Below, one piece after another: positions 50,279-59,927 of a DNA stretch of 64,000 nt. The DNA lies in assembly GCA_936914845.1 (NCBI GenBank), contig CAKZGE010000004.1, positions 409,658 to 473,657 on the forward strand. Reading direction: 5' to 3'. The position numbers and the translations under genes were made by a program. How positions within the stretch are numbered: the stretch's first letter is position 1; each line of letters starts with the position of its first letter. This DNA is from an uncultured Chloracidobacterium sp. Lineage in GTDB: Bacteria; Acidobacteriota; Blastocatellia; Pyrinomonadales; Pyrinomonadaceae. Below the pieces are notes generated by a model, which saw only the letters and a program-made list of their open reading frames with translations, was not told the origin of the DNA and ran no database searches.

Positions 50279-51530
50279 ATTGTATGCATGCATTGTTTCG
50301 GCTGACATAAAACAGGCCCGGCGGGGGTTACTGGCCGTTGCTCGCGAATTTGCATATTCCATTGAAATGCTTGATGACGGCATATTGTTCGATGTGAGCG
50401 GGCTTGAGCGGCTGATCGGAGGGCCGGATAAAATAGCTGAAAATATCTTTCAACAGTTACAGGAATATGGTCTGACGAGCAGTGTGGCAGTGGCCGAAAC
50501 AGTTGAAAGTGCCTGCTTATTGGCGCGTCAAAATAAAGGACGCCATACGGTGAATTCGCCGCGATCGTTTGCAAAACTGCCCTTGTTTCAGCTTCCGATA
50601 GAACAAGATACGCTTAATGTATTGGGTGATCTGGGTATCGATAAGGTCGAAGATCTGCTTGAAGTTCCGGCAGATGAACTGATAGGCCGCTATGGAAAAG
50701 GTTTTCAAAAAGTGCTTGATGTCATCGAACAGAAAAGCACTTTGCAATTGACGCCGAACGTTAAACAAGACCGTGTGTCATGGAAATGGACATTAGATTC
50801 GCCGGTCGAAGATTTTCAGCAGTTGATATTCCTGCTTAATCGCGGTCTGGAAAGGTTGTTTGCAGAAACGGCCCATCGTGGACATAGTACGGAACATATA
50901 GATATAGGGCTTGAACTAAGGAACAAAACGACACGGACATACGAGATCAAGACATCGTTTCCAACGCTGGAACGAGCATTTTGGCAAAAGCTGATCCATC
51001 TGCGGGTTTCGCTTGAACCGCCGGGATCGGAAATAGTGAGTGTAAGGGCGACCACGCATTTTACAAAACCACGACCTTCGCAGCGAGGGTTGTATGCTGT
51101 GTCGCGTCCCGAACCTGAAAGCCTGATGCTGACGGTAAATAAATTGAAAAAAATGGTAGGTGAAGATAACGTTGGCCGGCCCGCTGTTTTGGACCGCCGC
51201 CTTGCCGAACCCTTTGAACTTGCGGCTGATCTAATGCCCGCCGGGGTTGAAGGTGATATAGCTGTCCCGCAGGAGCCTTCGCTGGCATTCACATATTATC
51301 GACCGCCGCGACGGGCCGAGGTCATATATCGCGACGCCCGATTGGTCTTTATAAGAACAAAATATTTCGACGGATATGTTCGGGAATACAGCGGCGTTTG
51401 GAAGGGGAATTCTACTTGGTGGGACAGGTCTTGGAAGACACAGGAATGGGATGTAGAGGTCGAGGGTCGAGGTATATATCGGCTTGCCAAGGCAAACAAG
51501 GAGTGGCTGCTTATCGGGGAGTATGATTGA
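50265..51530 (+). CDS. imuB: ImuB, catalytically inactive Y-family polymerase homolog
   Basis: About 420 aa. Y-family-like N-terminal region (LYACIVSAD...LDDGILFDVSG). Overlaps imuA at its 5' end and dnaE2 by ATGA at its 3' end. Confidence 0.65.
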   Translation: MKRAKLYACIVSADIKQARRGLLAVAREFAYSIEMLDDGILFDVSGLERLIGGPDKIAENIFQQLQEYGLTSSVAVAETVESACLLARQNKGRHTVNSPRSFAKLPLFQLPIEQDTLNVLGDLGIDKVEDLLEVPADELIGRYGKGFQKVLDVIEQKSTLQLTPNVKQDRVSWKWTLDSPVEDFQQLIFLLNRGLERLFAETAHRGHSTEHIDIGLELRNKTTRTYEIKTSFPTLERAFWQKLIHLRVSLEPPGSEIVSVRATTHFTKPRPSQRGLYAVSRPEPESLMLTVNKLKKMVGEDNVGRPAVLDRRLAEPFELAADLMPAGVEGDIAVPQEPSLAFTYYRPPRRAEVIYRDARLVFIRTKYFDGYVREYSGVWKGNSTWWDRSWKTQEWDVEVEGRGIYRLAKANKEWLLIGEYD

Positions 51531-54500
51531 TGTTTTGTGAACTTCACACACGCTCTGCATTCAGTTTCCTTTCTTCGGGATCCCAGCCGCAAAGATTGGC
51601 TGCCCGTGCAGCCGAACTTGGAATTGAACATATAGCTTTACTTGATCGTGATACGGTGGCCGGTGCGGTGCGCTTTCACCTAGAAGCGAAAAAGAATGGG
51701 ATAAAACCGATCATCGGTGCTGAGATCACGATGGAGGACGGCAGTCTTCTGCCGCTTGTGCCATTGGATCGGGCGGGATATGAAAACCTTGCGAAGCTGA
51801 TAACGACCATAAAGCTGCGAAACAAAAAGGGCGAGCATTTTGCAACACGCGAAGACATAGAGCGGCATTCACAGCACCTGCTGTGCTTTACGGGCGGAGC
51901 TGACGGTTTTTTGCATAATAGTATAAAGAACGGCCGAGGGCTTGAAGATCTCATGTGGCTTAGCGGCGTTTTTGAAGGACGGTCATATGTAGAGCTTCAG
52001 CGGCACCATCTTCGCGGCGAAGAATATATCAATCAGATATTGTTAGGATATTCGCAAAAGCTTTGTCTGCCATATTTTGCGTCGAACGGAGCTTATTATG
52101 CAGATCGGTATGATCGCGAACTTTTTGACGTTTTTACCTGTATAAAAAACCACACCACTATTTACAAAGCAGGCAATCTTCTTTCCGCGAACGACGAGCG
52201 ATACCTGAAATCGCACACTGAGATGCGGATGTTGTTCGAAGATCTGCCAAAGGCGATAGACGTTACGGCAGATATTGCTTCGCGAATTGATTTTTCACTC
52301 GATGAGCTTTCTTATAACTTTCCGGATTATCCCGTTCCCGCCGGTGAAACGATCGATAGTTTTTTAAGGGCACAGGTCGAGCACAGGGCGATAGAAAGAT
52401 ATAGGACCGCTACGCAGGAAGTAAAGGATCAGGTTCAAGGAAGATTAGACAAAGAATTGGCGGTCATCAAGATGAAAGGCTTGGGCGGTTATTTCTTGCA
52501 GGTGAACGATATATCCGATTTTTGCAAACGTGAAGGCATTCTTTCGCAAGGACGCGGATCTGCAGCAAATTCGGTGGTCTGTTATACATTAGGCATAACG
52601 GCCGTTGAGCCAATAAAGAACAAGCTTTTGTTTGAGCGGTTTCTTTCTGAAAAATATGAACAATACCCGGACATCGATATCGACCTTCCGTCAGGCAATG
52701 ATCGCGAAAAAGTAATTCAGCACGTTTACGAAAAATTTGGCCGCCGCGGGTCCGCAATGACCGCGAATGTGATCAGCTATCGTGGAAGATCTGCTGTTCG
52801 GGAAGTAGGAAAAGTTTTCGGATTTGGTACGGACGTTCTTGACAAGCTTTCGCGGTTGAATTCGCATTACGAGACCTTTAAAGGCGAAGAACTTCAACAG
52901 CGTCTGCGCGAAGAAGGCCTTGACCCGGCGATGAACAATACGCTGAGAAAATTCGGAGAACTATATAATCGAATACTAGATTTTCCGCGACATCTAGGTC
53001 AGCATTCGGGCGGCATGGTCATCTCGATCAACCGGCTTGATTCGATAGTGCCGATAGAACCGGCATCAATGGAAGATCGAACCATAGTTCAATGGGACAA
53101 GGACGATTGCGAGGCTCTAAAGATCGTAAAGGTTGACCTGTTGGGCCTTGGCATGATGGCCGTTCTGCGGGATACGATCGAATTGATCAGCGTTCACCAT
53201 GGCGAAGATCTAAGTCTATACAAGGTCCCGCATGACGACCCCGAAGTTTTTGAAGCTCTGCAAAAAGGCGATACGGTCGGAATGTTTCAGGTCGAAAGCC
53301 GTGCACAGATCGCTTTTCTGCCGAAATCAAAGCCGAAGAACTTCTATGACATTGTGGTTCAGGTAGCGATAATCCGCCCCGGCCCGATAGTCGGGAAATT
53401 GCTTGATTCTTATATTAAACGACGACAGGGATCGGAAAAGGTCGAATATATCGACGAACGATTGAAGCCGACACTTGAACGTACACTTGGAGTGCCGCTT
53501 TTTCAGGAACAATTGTTAAAAATAGCAATGGATGTGGCGGGCTTTACAGGTTCAGAAGCAGAAGAGCTACGCAAGGCGATGGGTTTTAAGCGGCCCGATA
53601 TAAAACTTGAGCTGATAGGGCAAAAGCTGAAGGAAGGAATGACCGAAAGAGGCATTTCCACAGCCGTTCAGGAAAATATAGTCGCCTGTGTAAAGGCATT
53701 TTCTAACTACGGCTTTCCCGAATCTCATGCCTATAGTTTTGCTTTGCTTGCTTACGCTTCGGCATATTTTATGGTTCATTACCGAGCATGTTTTATGGCG
53801 GCGATGTTCAATAATTATCCACTCGGATTCTATTCAGCCGCAACGCTCGTAAAAGATGCCCAGCGACACGGCTTGCATTTTATTGCCATAGACATAAATC
53901 ATTCACAATATATTTTTACGGTCGAAGAGGGAAAGGTCCGCGTAGGGTTAAAGTATGTTCGGAGTTTGCGAAAAGAAACAGGCGAGGCCATTGTGGCAGA
54001 GCGGAGTTCAAATGGCTTTTACACGGGCGTTGCAGATCTTATAGATCGGGTGCCGCAATTAAATAAACGTGAGATCAGATCGCTAAGCATAGCCGGGGCG
54101 TTGAATTTTGACAATACCGTTCACCGACGTGAAGCGCTTTGGCAGTCAGAGATCGCTATGCGGCCGCTGGGCGATCTTTTTGAATATGCAGATACTGCTT
54201 GCGACCAGCCATCCTTGAAGAAGCCGGCTTTTATAAAGCAGATGAAAGGGCTGAAGCTGGTAGAGGCAGATTTGCAGAAAACAGGCATTTCGATCGGAAA
54301 ACACCCGATGGCTTTTATCCGCGACGATCTGACCAAACATGGCATCCTTTCATCCAAGCGTTCGCTTGAACTTAAAACAGGGGCCATTGTTTCTGTCGCC
54401 GGGGCTGTAATAATCAGGCAACGGCCGATGACTGCGAATAAGGTTGTTTTTATAACGCTCGAAGACGAGACAGGACATTCCAATTTTGTTGTGATGCCGG

Positions 54501-54649
54501 ATAAATTTGAAGAATATCGAGCAGTTATTAATCAAAGCGATTATTTGATCATTCGCGGCATATTCGAAGAACGCGGAATGCTTAAAGCGATCAGTTTCAA
54601 AACGCTCGAGGGGTTTAATGCAGAGGTTGTGGCACATAATTTCCACTAA
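51527..54649 (+). CDS. dnaE2: error-prone DNA polymerase III alpha homolog DnaE2 (ImuC)
   Basis: 1040 aa. PHP domain start (ELHTRSAFSFL), the Pol IIIalpha core, and about 1040 aa length typical of DnaE2 (shorter than DnaE1). ATGA overlap with imuB. Confidence 0.85.
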   Translation: MMFCELHTRSAFSFLSSGSQPQRLAARAAELGIEHIALLDRDTVAGAVRFHLEAKKNGIKPIIGAEITMEDGSLLPLVPLDRAGYENLAKLITTIKLRNKKGEHFATREDIERHSQHLLCFTGGADGFLHNSIKNGRGLEDLMWLSGVFEGRSYVELQRHHLRGEEYINQILLGYSQKLCLPYFASNGAYYADRYDRELFDVFTCIKNHTTIYKAGNLLSANDERYLKSHTEMRMLFEDLPKAIDVTADIASRIDFSLDELSYNFPDYPVPAGETIDSFLRAQVEHRAIERYRTATQEVKDQVQGRLDKELAVIKMKGLGGYFLQVNDISDFCKREGILSQGRGSAANSVVCYTLGITAVEPIKNKLLFERFLSEKYEQYPDIDIDLPSGNDREKVIQHVYEKFGRRGSAMTANVISYRGRSAVREVGKVFGFGTDVLDKLSRLNSHYETFKGEELQQRLREEGLDPAMNNTLRKFGELYNRILDFPRHLGQHSGGMVISINRLDSIVPIEPASMEDRTIVQWDKDDCEALKIVKVDLLGLGMMAVLRDTIELISVHHGEDLSLYKVPHDDPEVFEALQKGDTVGMFQVESRAQIAFLPKSKPKNFYDIVVQVAIIRPGPIVGKLLDSYIKRRQGSEKVEYIDERLKPTLERTLGVPLFQEQLLKIAMDVAGFTGSEAEELRKAMGFKRPDIKLELIGQKLKEGMTERGISTAVQENIVACVKAFSNYGFPESHAYSFALLAYASAYFMVHYRACFMAAMFNNYPLGFYSAATLVKDAQRHGLHFIAIDINHSQYIFTVEEGKVRVGLKYVRSLRKETGEAIVAERSSNGFYTGVADLIDRVPQLNKREIRSLSIAGALNFDNTVHRREALWQSEIAMRPLGDLFEYADTACDQPSLKKPAFIKQMKGLKLVEADLQKTGISIGKHPMAFIRDDLTKHGILSSKRSLELKTGAIVSVAGAVIIRQRPMTANKVVFITLEDETGHSNFVVMPDKFEEYRAVINQSDYLIIRGIFEERGMLKAISFKTLEGFNAEVVAHNFH

Positions 54650-54904
54650 GCCGGCACATTGACATCCTTGCCGCACCTCCGCCCATCGCCGGACTTTTAG
54701 ATGCAACACATACTTGCAAGCCGCGAATGATTTTGCCATTATAGATGTTTCGTTTGCGGACGGTCTGGGCGTGGCCCTAACTCGATAGGCAACGGGATCG
54801 GCTCCGCAAAGGTGTCCGGCTCAATGCAGCAGCTCGATCGGCAAGATCGATCTGATCGACCGAACCAAGAAGATATCTCACAAACGAAAAGACCATCCTT
54901 TTGC

Positions 54905-54977
<73 letters not shown>

Positions 54978-55201
54978 CCAATGTTTTCAATAACTTACAG
55001 ATTTTAGTCCCGCAGCCGAGCAGCCACTGTAGTGAAAAATGTAGGGAGTCCGCTCTTGAAAGGTCACTCTCTACCGATTTTGGCCTCGCACCATTTTTTT
55101 ACGCCCAAAGCATTCCATCGATCCTTCGCGATTGCTTAGTTGATCGAGCAGAGTTCAATGTTGACGCTTACGGATTAGGAGTTTCGAAGGTTTAGGCACT
55201 T

Positions 55202-55380
55202 CCGATAAGGTTTTTACATATTCGATAAATATTTTACAGTATGACGCCATTTTGATAAGATTTTCGCACGACTGATAAGGAAATTATTGTTATGCCACTG
55301 AAAAATAGTAAAAATCGACACTCGATAAGCCTTAATTAGACACACCTTTGATCGATAAGAAAAATGAATGGTTGATAAGA
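55202..55380 (+). repeat. array of seven same-orientation (C/T)(C/T)GATAAG motifs between the tRNA-Thr and fic
   Basis: ccgataag, tcgataaa, ttgataag, ctgataag, tcgataag, tcgataag, ttgataag, spaced about 20-40 bp apart. The last copy overlaps the annotated fic start. Confidence 0.6.
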
Positions 55381-56882
55381 ATCAGAATGCCAAAGATCTG
55401 CCGCGACCAATGGGCCTCGTCGCGGTTATACAAGAACTCGGGCTTAAGATTCCGATGCCTGCCGTGCGTTCATCTGTCAGTTCGGGAGCTCGCAGGACAC
55501 GTGTTGAGAGTGAAATCGTTTATGAGCATTATCCGCGATCCTACGGAACGGATAGCTTGTTTGAGAACCTTAAATTCGCGATGAGGTACGAGCCCATCGA
55601 TCTAGGTGTCCTAAAGGTCGCATTCGCCAAGTTAGATGCGGAAGAGATCGAGGGGTGGATACAAAGCGAAATTACGGGAATCTATGCACGCAGACTTTGG
55701 TATTTGTTCGAACTCCTCACCGGCAAAGTATTGAACTTGCCAGACGTCGCCCCGACCGGATACATCGATCTGCTGAACGAGAAACTGCAACTGACCGGAA
55801 AGCCCGTTCGGATCAAGCGACAAAGGATCAACGATAATCTGCTCGGCAACAAAGACTATTGCCCAATGGTCCGCATGACCGATGCACTCAAAGATTCAAT
55901 CGCTGAGGGTTTGGCGAATCAAGCCAGAGAGATAGTTGTAGAAAGCGATCCGCTGATCCTCGCAAGGGCGATCAACTTTTTATACACGAGCGAGACGCGA
56001 TCTTCTTTCGCGATCGAAGGTGAACGCCCGAGTGCATCCCGGGCCGAGCGCTTCGTGGCAGCATTGGAGCATGCCGCAGAGTTTGACGCCAGCGACAAAG
56101 GCTCGTTCATCGAACTGCAAAACCAGATCGTGGATCAACGCTTTACGGCGACCGACTGGAGAACAATACAAAACTACGTCGGGCAGACGATGCGGGACTA
56201 CAGCGAATATGTCCATTTCGTGTGCCCCAAGCCGGAAAACGTCCCGCAACTGATGGAAGGTTGGGTAAACTGTGTCCGTCGTCTTCAGGATTCACCGGTC
56301 GATCCGGTCGCATCGGCTGCGGTGTTGGCTTTTGGCTTCGTTTTCATCCACCCGTTCGAAGACGGAAACGGCCGGATCCATCGATTCCTGATCCACCACG
56401 AACTCGCGCGCACGGGTTTTGCTCCATCCAATCTGATATTTCCGGTTTCCGCTGTAATGTTAAGGGAACGGGGCGAATACGACCGGGTTCTCGCGGCCTA
56501 CTCGAAATCGATCATGCCGTTTATCGATTTTTCGCTAGACGATCGAGGCACTCTGACCGTGGAGAATGAAACGGCCGACCTGTATCGCTACTGGGACGCA
56601 ACAAGGTTCGCCGAATATCTCTACGGCTGCGTTGCGGAAACCATCCGCCGCGATCTTCGCGACGAGATAGGTTTCCTTTCGATATTCGACCGAGCTCTCA
56701 CTCAAGTGTTGAATATCGTGGATATGCCCGACCGCCGCGCCTCTCTGCTCGTCAAACTGATCATGCAGAACCGCGGAACCTTGTCTAAGACGAAGCGGGA
56801 AAAGGAATTTCCCGAACTAACTGATGACGAGATCAAGGCGATCGAAACAGAGATGAGCGAGATCATGGAGTCTGGTGGATAG
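55368..56882 (+). CDS. Fic family protein (AMPylase-type, with intramolecular inhibitory motif)
   Basis: 504 aa. Canonical Fic motif HPFEDGNGRIHRF, and an N-terminal (S/T)xxxE(G/N) inhibitory motif (SFAIEGE). The start may lie at a downstream Met. Confidence 0.85.
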   Translation: MVDKNQNAKDLPRPMGLVAVIQELGLKIPMPAVRSSVSSGARRTRVESEIVYEHYPRSYGTDSLFENLKFAMRYEPIDLGVLKVAFAKLDAEEIEGWIQSEITGIYARRLWYLFELLTGKVLNLPDVAPTGYIDLLNEKLQLTGKPVRIKRQRINDNLLGNKDYCPMVRMTDALKDSIAEGLANQAREIVVESDPLILARAINFLYTSETRSSFAIEGERPSASRAERFVAALEHAAEFDASDKGSFIELQNQIVDQRFTATDWRTIQNYVGQTMRDYSEYVHFVCPKPENVPQLMEGWVNCVRRLQDSPVDPVASAAVLAFGFVFIHPFEDGNGRIHRFLIHHELARTGFAPSNLIFPVSAVMLRERGEYDRVLAAYSKSIMPFIDFSLDDRGTLTVENETADLYRYWDATRFAEYLYGCVAETIRRDLRDEIGFLSIFDRALTQVLNIVDMPDRRASLLVKLIMQNRGTLSKTKREKEFPELTDDEIKAIETEMSEIMESGG

Positions 56883-56957
56883 GCGGAGCACCCTACGGTT
56901 TCTCCCTTGATTATCGCATCGTCCATCTCTTCAACGGATTCAAACGAACTGGTATCT

Positions 56958-57182
56958 TCACAGTAGCGCATATATTTGCTCTATTCCGAATCGTCTTTTT
57001 GCTGTTCCAGTTTCTCTCATCTTCATCATCAGCCTGATCGGATGGAGCAGATACGCAGCACCTGCCTTGTCCGTTTGTCCTTCGTGAACCATTGCGGCGA
57101 TGGCTACAGCCCTCTCCAGCGTGCCGGCCTTTTTCGCGACGGCAGTTTTCATTTTCGTTTTGCCTGTTCTATTTTCAAACAT
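56958..57182 (-). pseudogene. N-terminal fragment of an HD-domain ((p)ppGpp-hydrolase/SpoT-like) protein
   Basis: 74 aa. LERAVAIAAMVHEGQTDKAGAAYLLHPIRL matches the start of the RelA/SpoT HD domain. Terminates before the HD dyad. Confidence 0.4.
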
Positions 57183-57338
57183 TGCAATATCTCCTTGGTT
57201 TCAAACCAAATTAAAAGCCCGAAACTCGTTACTCCGCTCTCTGCGATCTTCACGAATTTCAGGCAAAATTAAAGCCCCGTGTTTACAGCTGATCCCGCTT
57301 GGCGGGCAATCTGAAATGAACACCGAGCGTCTCATATT

Positions 57339-57737
57339 TCAGAGTACTCTTTTTGTGCTAAATGTCAATAAAGTTTTGTCGAGTGAGGCAATGCGATAAA
57401 AAAGGCAACTGGGGCAAGGATCCACCGCCGTGAACCGTCCATGCCGGTTCTGATACATTCTCGCCTCGGCGAAGTCGAGTCCCGTCTCGTCGTCCTTCTC
57501 ATAACCGGTGAACCGCTGCCTGATCCGGTCGCTTCCCAGATAGGAATATTTCTGGGCCTGCGTTCGTCCGCCCACTCCCGCCGCGATCTCCTCGCCGAAC
57601 GGCATGAAATCACGCCTTGCAATCACATCGCCTGCTGCATCCGTCACCACCCGCGGACTTCCCAAATGATCAGTTGTCAAATAGCTGGTCGCTGCGGTTG
57701 ACGTCGGTTCGACAACCGTCGAATATTCCGCCGCCAA
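57339..57737 (-). pseudogene. orphan RHS repeat-associated core fragment (C-terminal end of an RHS/YD toxin)
   Basis: 132 aa. YLTTDHLGSPRVVTDAAGDV...DFMPFGEE...ARMYQNRHGRFTAVDP matches the RHS core region up to the DPxGL cleavage site, then degenerates. No N-terminal RHS repeats. Confidence 0.7.
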
Positions 57738-57744
57738 TTACGCT

Positions 57745-58182
57745 TCAAGGTTGACTTTGGACTTCTTCCTTCCACATAGTTCTACGGTTTCGTAGCCATG
57801 CCCAGATTTTGTTTGACCAAAAACTAGCCATGGTGAAGGTAACTAAGAAGTCTTTTTCAGCAACTATATTCCACTGGCCACCATGATTTATTGAAGTCAC
57901 ATCAAAGCAAACTGGGTGAATTTCATCAAAAATAGCAAACTCTAATTTGCCCGGTGCCGTAAATTTCATTTTCTCTAAAGGATGAATACAGAGCGATGGA
58001 TTTTCTACCATCAAACCATTGTAAGTCTCATAAAAGAGTTTTACTTGAGCGGGAAACGATAAATTTAACTTCATCTCTGTCTCCCTTATCTCATTTTTAC
58101 TCGCTCCAGTTTCTAACTTAAAAAATCCGCTTTTATCTGAGAATAACTTTTCGAGATTTCGGGGGATATGCAACAAATCCAT
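57745..58182 (-). CDS. SMI1/KNR4 (SUKH-1) family immunity protein
   Basis: 145 aa. GASKNEIRETEMKLNLSFPAQVKLFYETYNGL is the classic SUKH-1 N-terminal signature. AT-rich gene. Confidence 0.7.
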   Translation of the reverse strand: MDLLHIPRNLEKLFSDKSGFFKLETGASKNEIRETEMKLNLSFPAQVKLFYETYNGLMVENPSLCIHPLEKMKFTAPGKLEFAIFDEIHPVCFDVTSINHGGQWNIVAEKDFLVTFTMASFWSNKIWAWLRNRRTMWKEEVQSQP

Positions 58183-58184
58183 AT

Positions 58185-58421
58185 TAATTATTACCTCCTC
58201 TGTGCTTCAACCACCTTCCAATTTTGTTAACACTTCTGTATCCGGCTTTTGTTATTATTTACTACACGTTGTTGCTTTGGCGTTAGCTCGGGCGAGTTTT
58301 TGATGGGTTTGCCGTTCGGTCCGATCTTTGTTTCTGGTCCTCCCCCTTTTACATGAGCATGGGCAGGAGAATGATCATTGCTTTTGTAGTTGTGTTCGAT
58401 GGTAACGCCGTCCTGTTCGGT
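58185..58421 (-). pseudogene. start-less toxin C-terminal remnant (His-rich, possible HNH/AHH-type nuclease tip) preceding the SUKH immunity gene
   Basis: In-frame about 80 codons with no start codon (ISKLTEQDGVTIEHNYKSNDHSPAHAHVKGGGPETKIG...). Its stop lies 2 nt before the immunity ATG. Found by manual reverse-strand translation; not in the ORF track. Confidence 0.4.
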
Positions 58422-58428
58422 GAGTTTG

Positions 58429-58896
58429 CTAATTCAACACAATTATTGATTCGTCTTTGTAGCCTTCAATATCATCAGACAACCATTTTTCATTAGAACG
58501 AACTTTATGAAAATTAGATGTAAAATGATTTATGTCAAAACTCGCAAACACCTCAAACTTTGAGTCAACGAAATTTGCTTCTAAAGCCTTTTTTATTTGA
58601 ACAGCAAAGGTAATTGTTTGCTCAATCAAAAACTTTTTTGAAAGATTTTCTTTAGCAAGATAATCTTTAATATGAACTTTATTTACAAAACACTCAAACC
58701 CTGTTTTATCATGGAAGTCCGTTAAATTAACGTGTTCTATCCTTTCTTTGAAGATTGATAAAAATACACTGTCTTTTATCTCAATAAAACCTAAATTGAT
58801 AACATTTCCGAGTCCATTGTCCAATATTATGCTGTTATCAGGAAAGGGTATGTTAAATGTTCTTAACATTTTCCTCATTTGTTTGTTCATTTTCAT
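58429..58896 (-). CDS. putative immunity protein (AT-rich orphan cassette)
   Basis: 155 aa. No recognised family. Its start ATG overlaps the stop of a start-less upstream toxin-tip remnant at 58897-59045 (...IGVYDVSTNTFKGAPDNVNQMLNEPQVKAAIQKALRFLGESQ*). Confidence 0.4.
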   Translation of the reverse strand: MKMNKQMRKMLRTFNIPFPDNSIILDNGLGNVINLGFIEIKDSVFLSIFKERIEHVNLTDFHDKTGFECFVNKVHIKDYLAKENLSKKFLIEQTITFAVQIKKALEANFVDSKFEVFASFDINHFTSNFHKVRSNEKWLSDDIEGYKDESIIVLN

Positions 58897-59249
58897 TGAG
58901 ATTCTCCTAAAAATCTTAATGCTTTTTGAATAGCTGCTTTAACCTGTGGTTCATTCAACATTTGATTTACGTTATCAGGTGCGCCCTTAAAGGTATTTGT
59001 GGAAACATCATACACCCCAATCTGATTCAGGTAAGAACGTCAGATTAAATCTTGGCTAGTAAATCTTATTGCCGGATCAGCCTTTTCAAGCAACCAAATT
59101 GTTCTTCAGACTGACAGCGGTCAAAGAACTACAGACCTTGACCAACGCTAGTAAAAAGCTAAATACTGTTAACTCAGGGTGAGATCGTCTATTTATTCCG
59201 AGTGGTTGTTCGGGATTAGATCGCAAATCCATCAATATTTTACAACGAT

Positions 59250-59768
59250 ATGAATATTTCCGATGATGTGCAGCATAAAATAGACATTATTGATGGTTGG
59301 TTAGCCAAACTCGGGATAGATCGCCTGCTTAATAATTCTTACCTTGGAATTGACGAAGAATATTCGTCAAAACACAGCGTTAGATTCACCGCCGAACCGA
59401 ACGGAAAGAACTTCATTCCCTTTGATCTATATATTGAATCGGATGCCATTCGAATTGATGTTTTAGGAATACCGGAAAGTTTTGAATGGAATAATGAAAC
59501 TCTGCAGAACGATGCGGGGTCGGTAAAAACGTTTCTTGTAGGCCTCTTAACGCATTTTTGCTTGTTCGAATTTTGCGGCTCGCCGCATACAAATTCAAGA
59601 CTTTATTTTTTTGATACAGGTGGACGCGAAATTCAAGAATATAGGATCCGCGGGTGGCAAAATCTGTTTGCGAGATGGAATTGCGACAGGCATCTTTATC
59701 AACCGGCATTTTCGCGGGCTAAAAAGCCTGCGGCAAAGAAGTTTATATTGGCTAAACAATTAAAATAA
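59250..59768 (+). CDS. hypothetical protein (AT-rich island gene)
   Basis: 172 aa. No family recognised. Lies in the low-GC segment. Confidence 0.35.
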   Translation: MNISDDVQHKIDIIDGWLAKLGIDRLLNNSYLGIDEEYSSKHSVRFTAEPNGKNFIPFDLYIESDAIRIDVLGIPESFEWNNETLQNDAGSVKTFLVGLLTHFCLFEFCGSPHTNSRLYFFDTGGREIQEYRIRGWQNLFARWNCDRHLYQPAFSRAKKPAAKKFILAKQLK

Positions 59769-59927
59769 ATGTTGACCATTGTTTAATCGAAGCTATATAA
59801 TTAAATCTGCCTCAGCGGCCGAGGATGTCGCACGAGTCCTTCGAAAACATATTTCAAACGTTCAACGCAACGAATTTTCGAAAATCAGTTCCAAAAATCA
59901 ATAGATATTCAATAAAAGGAGAAAATC

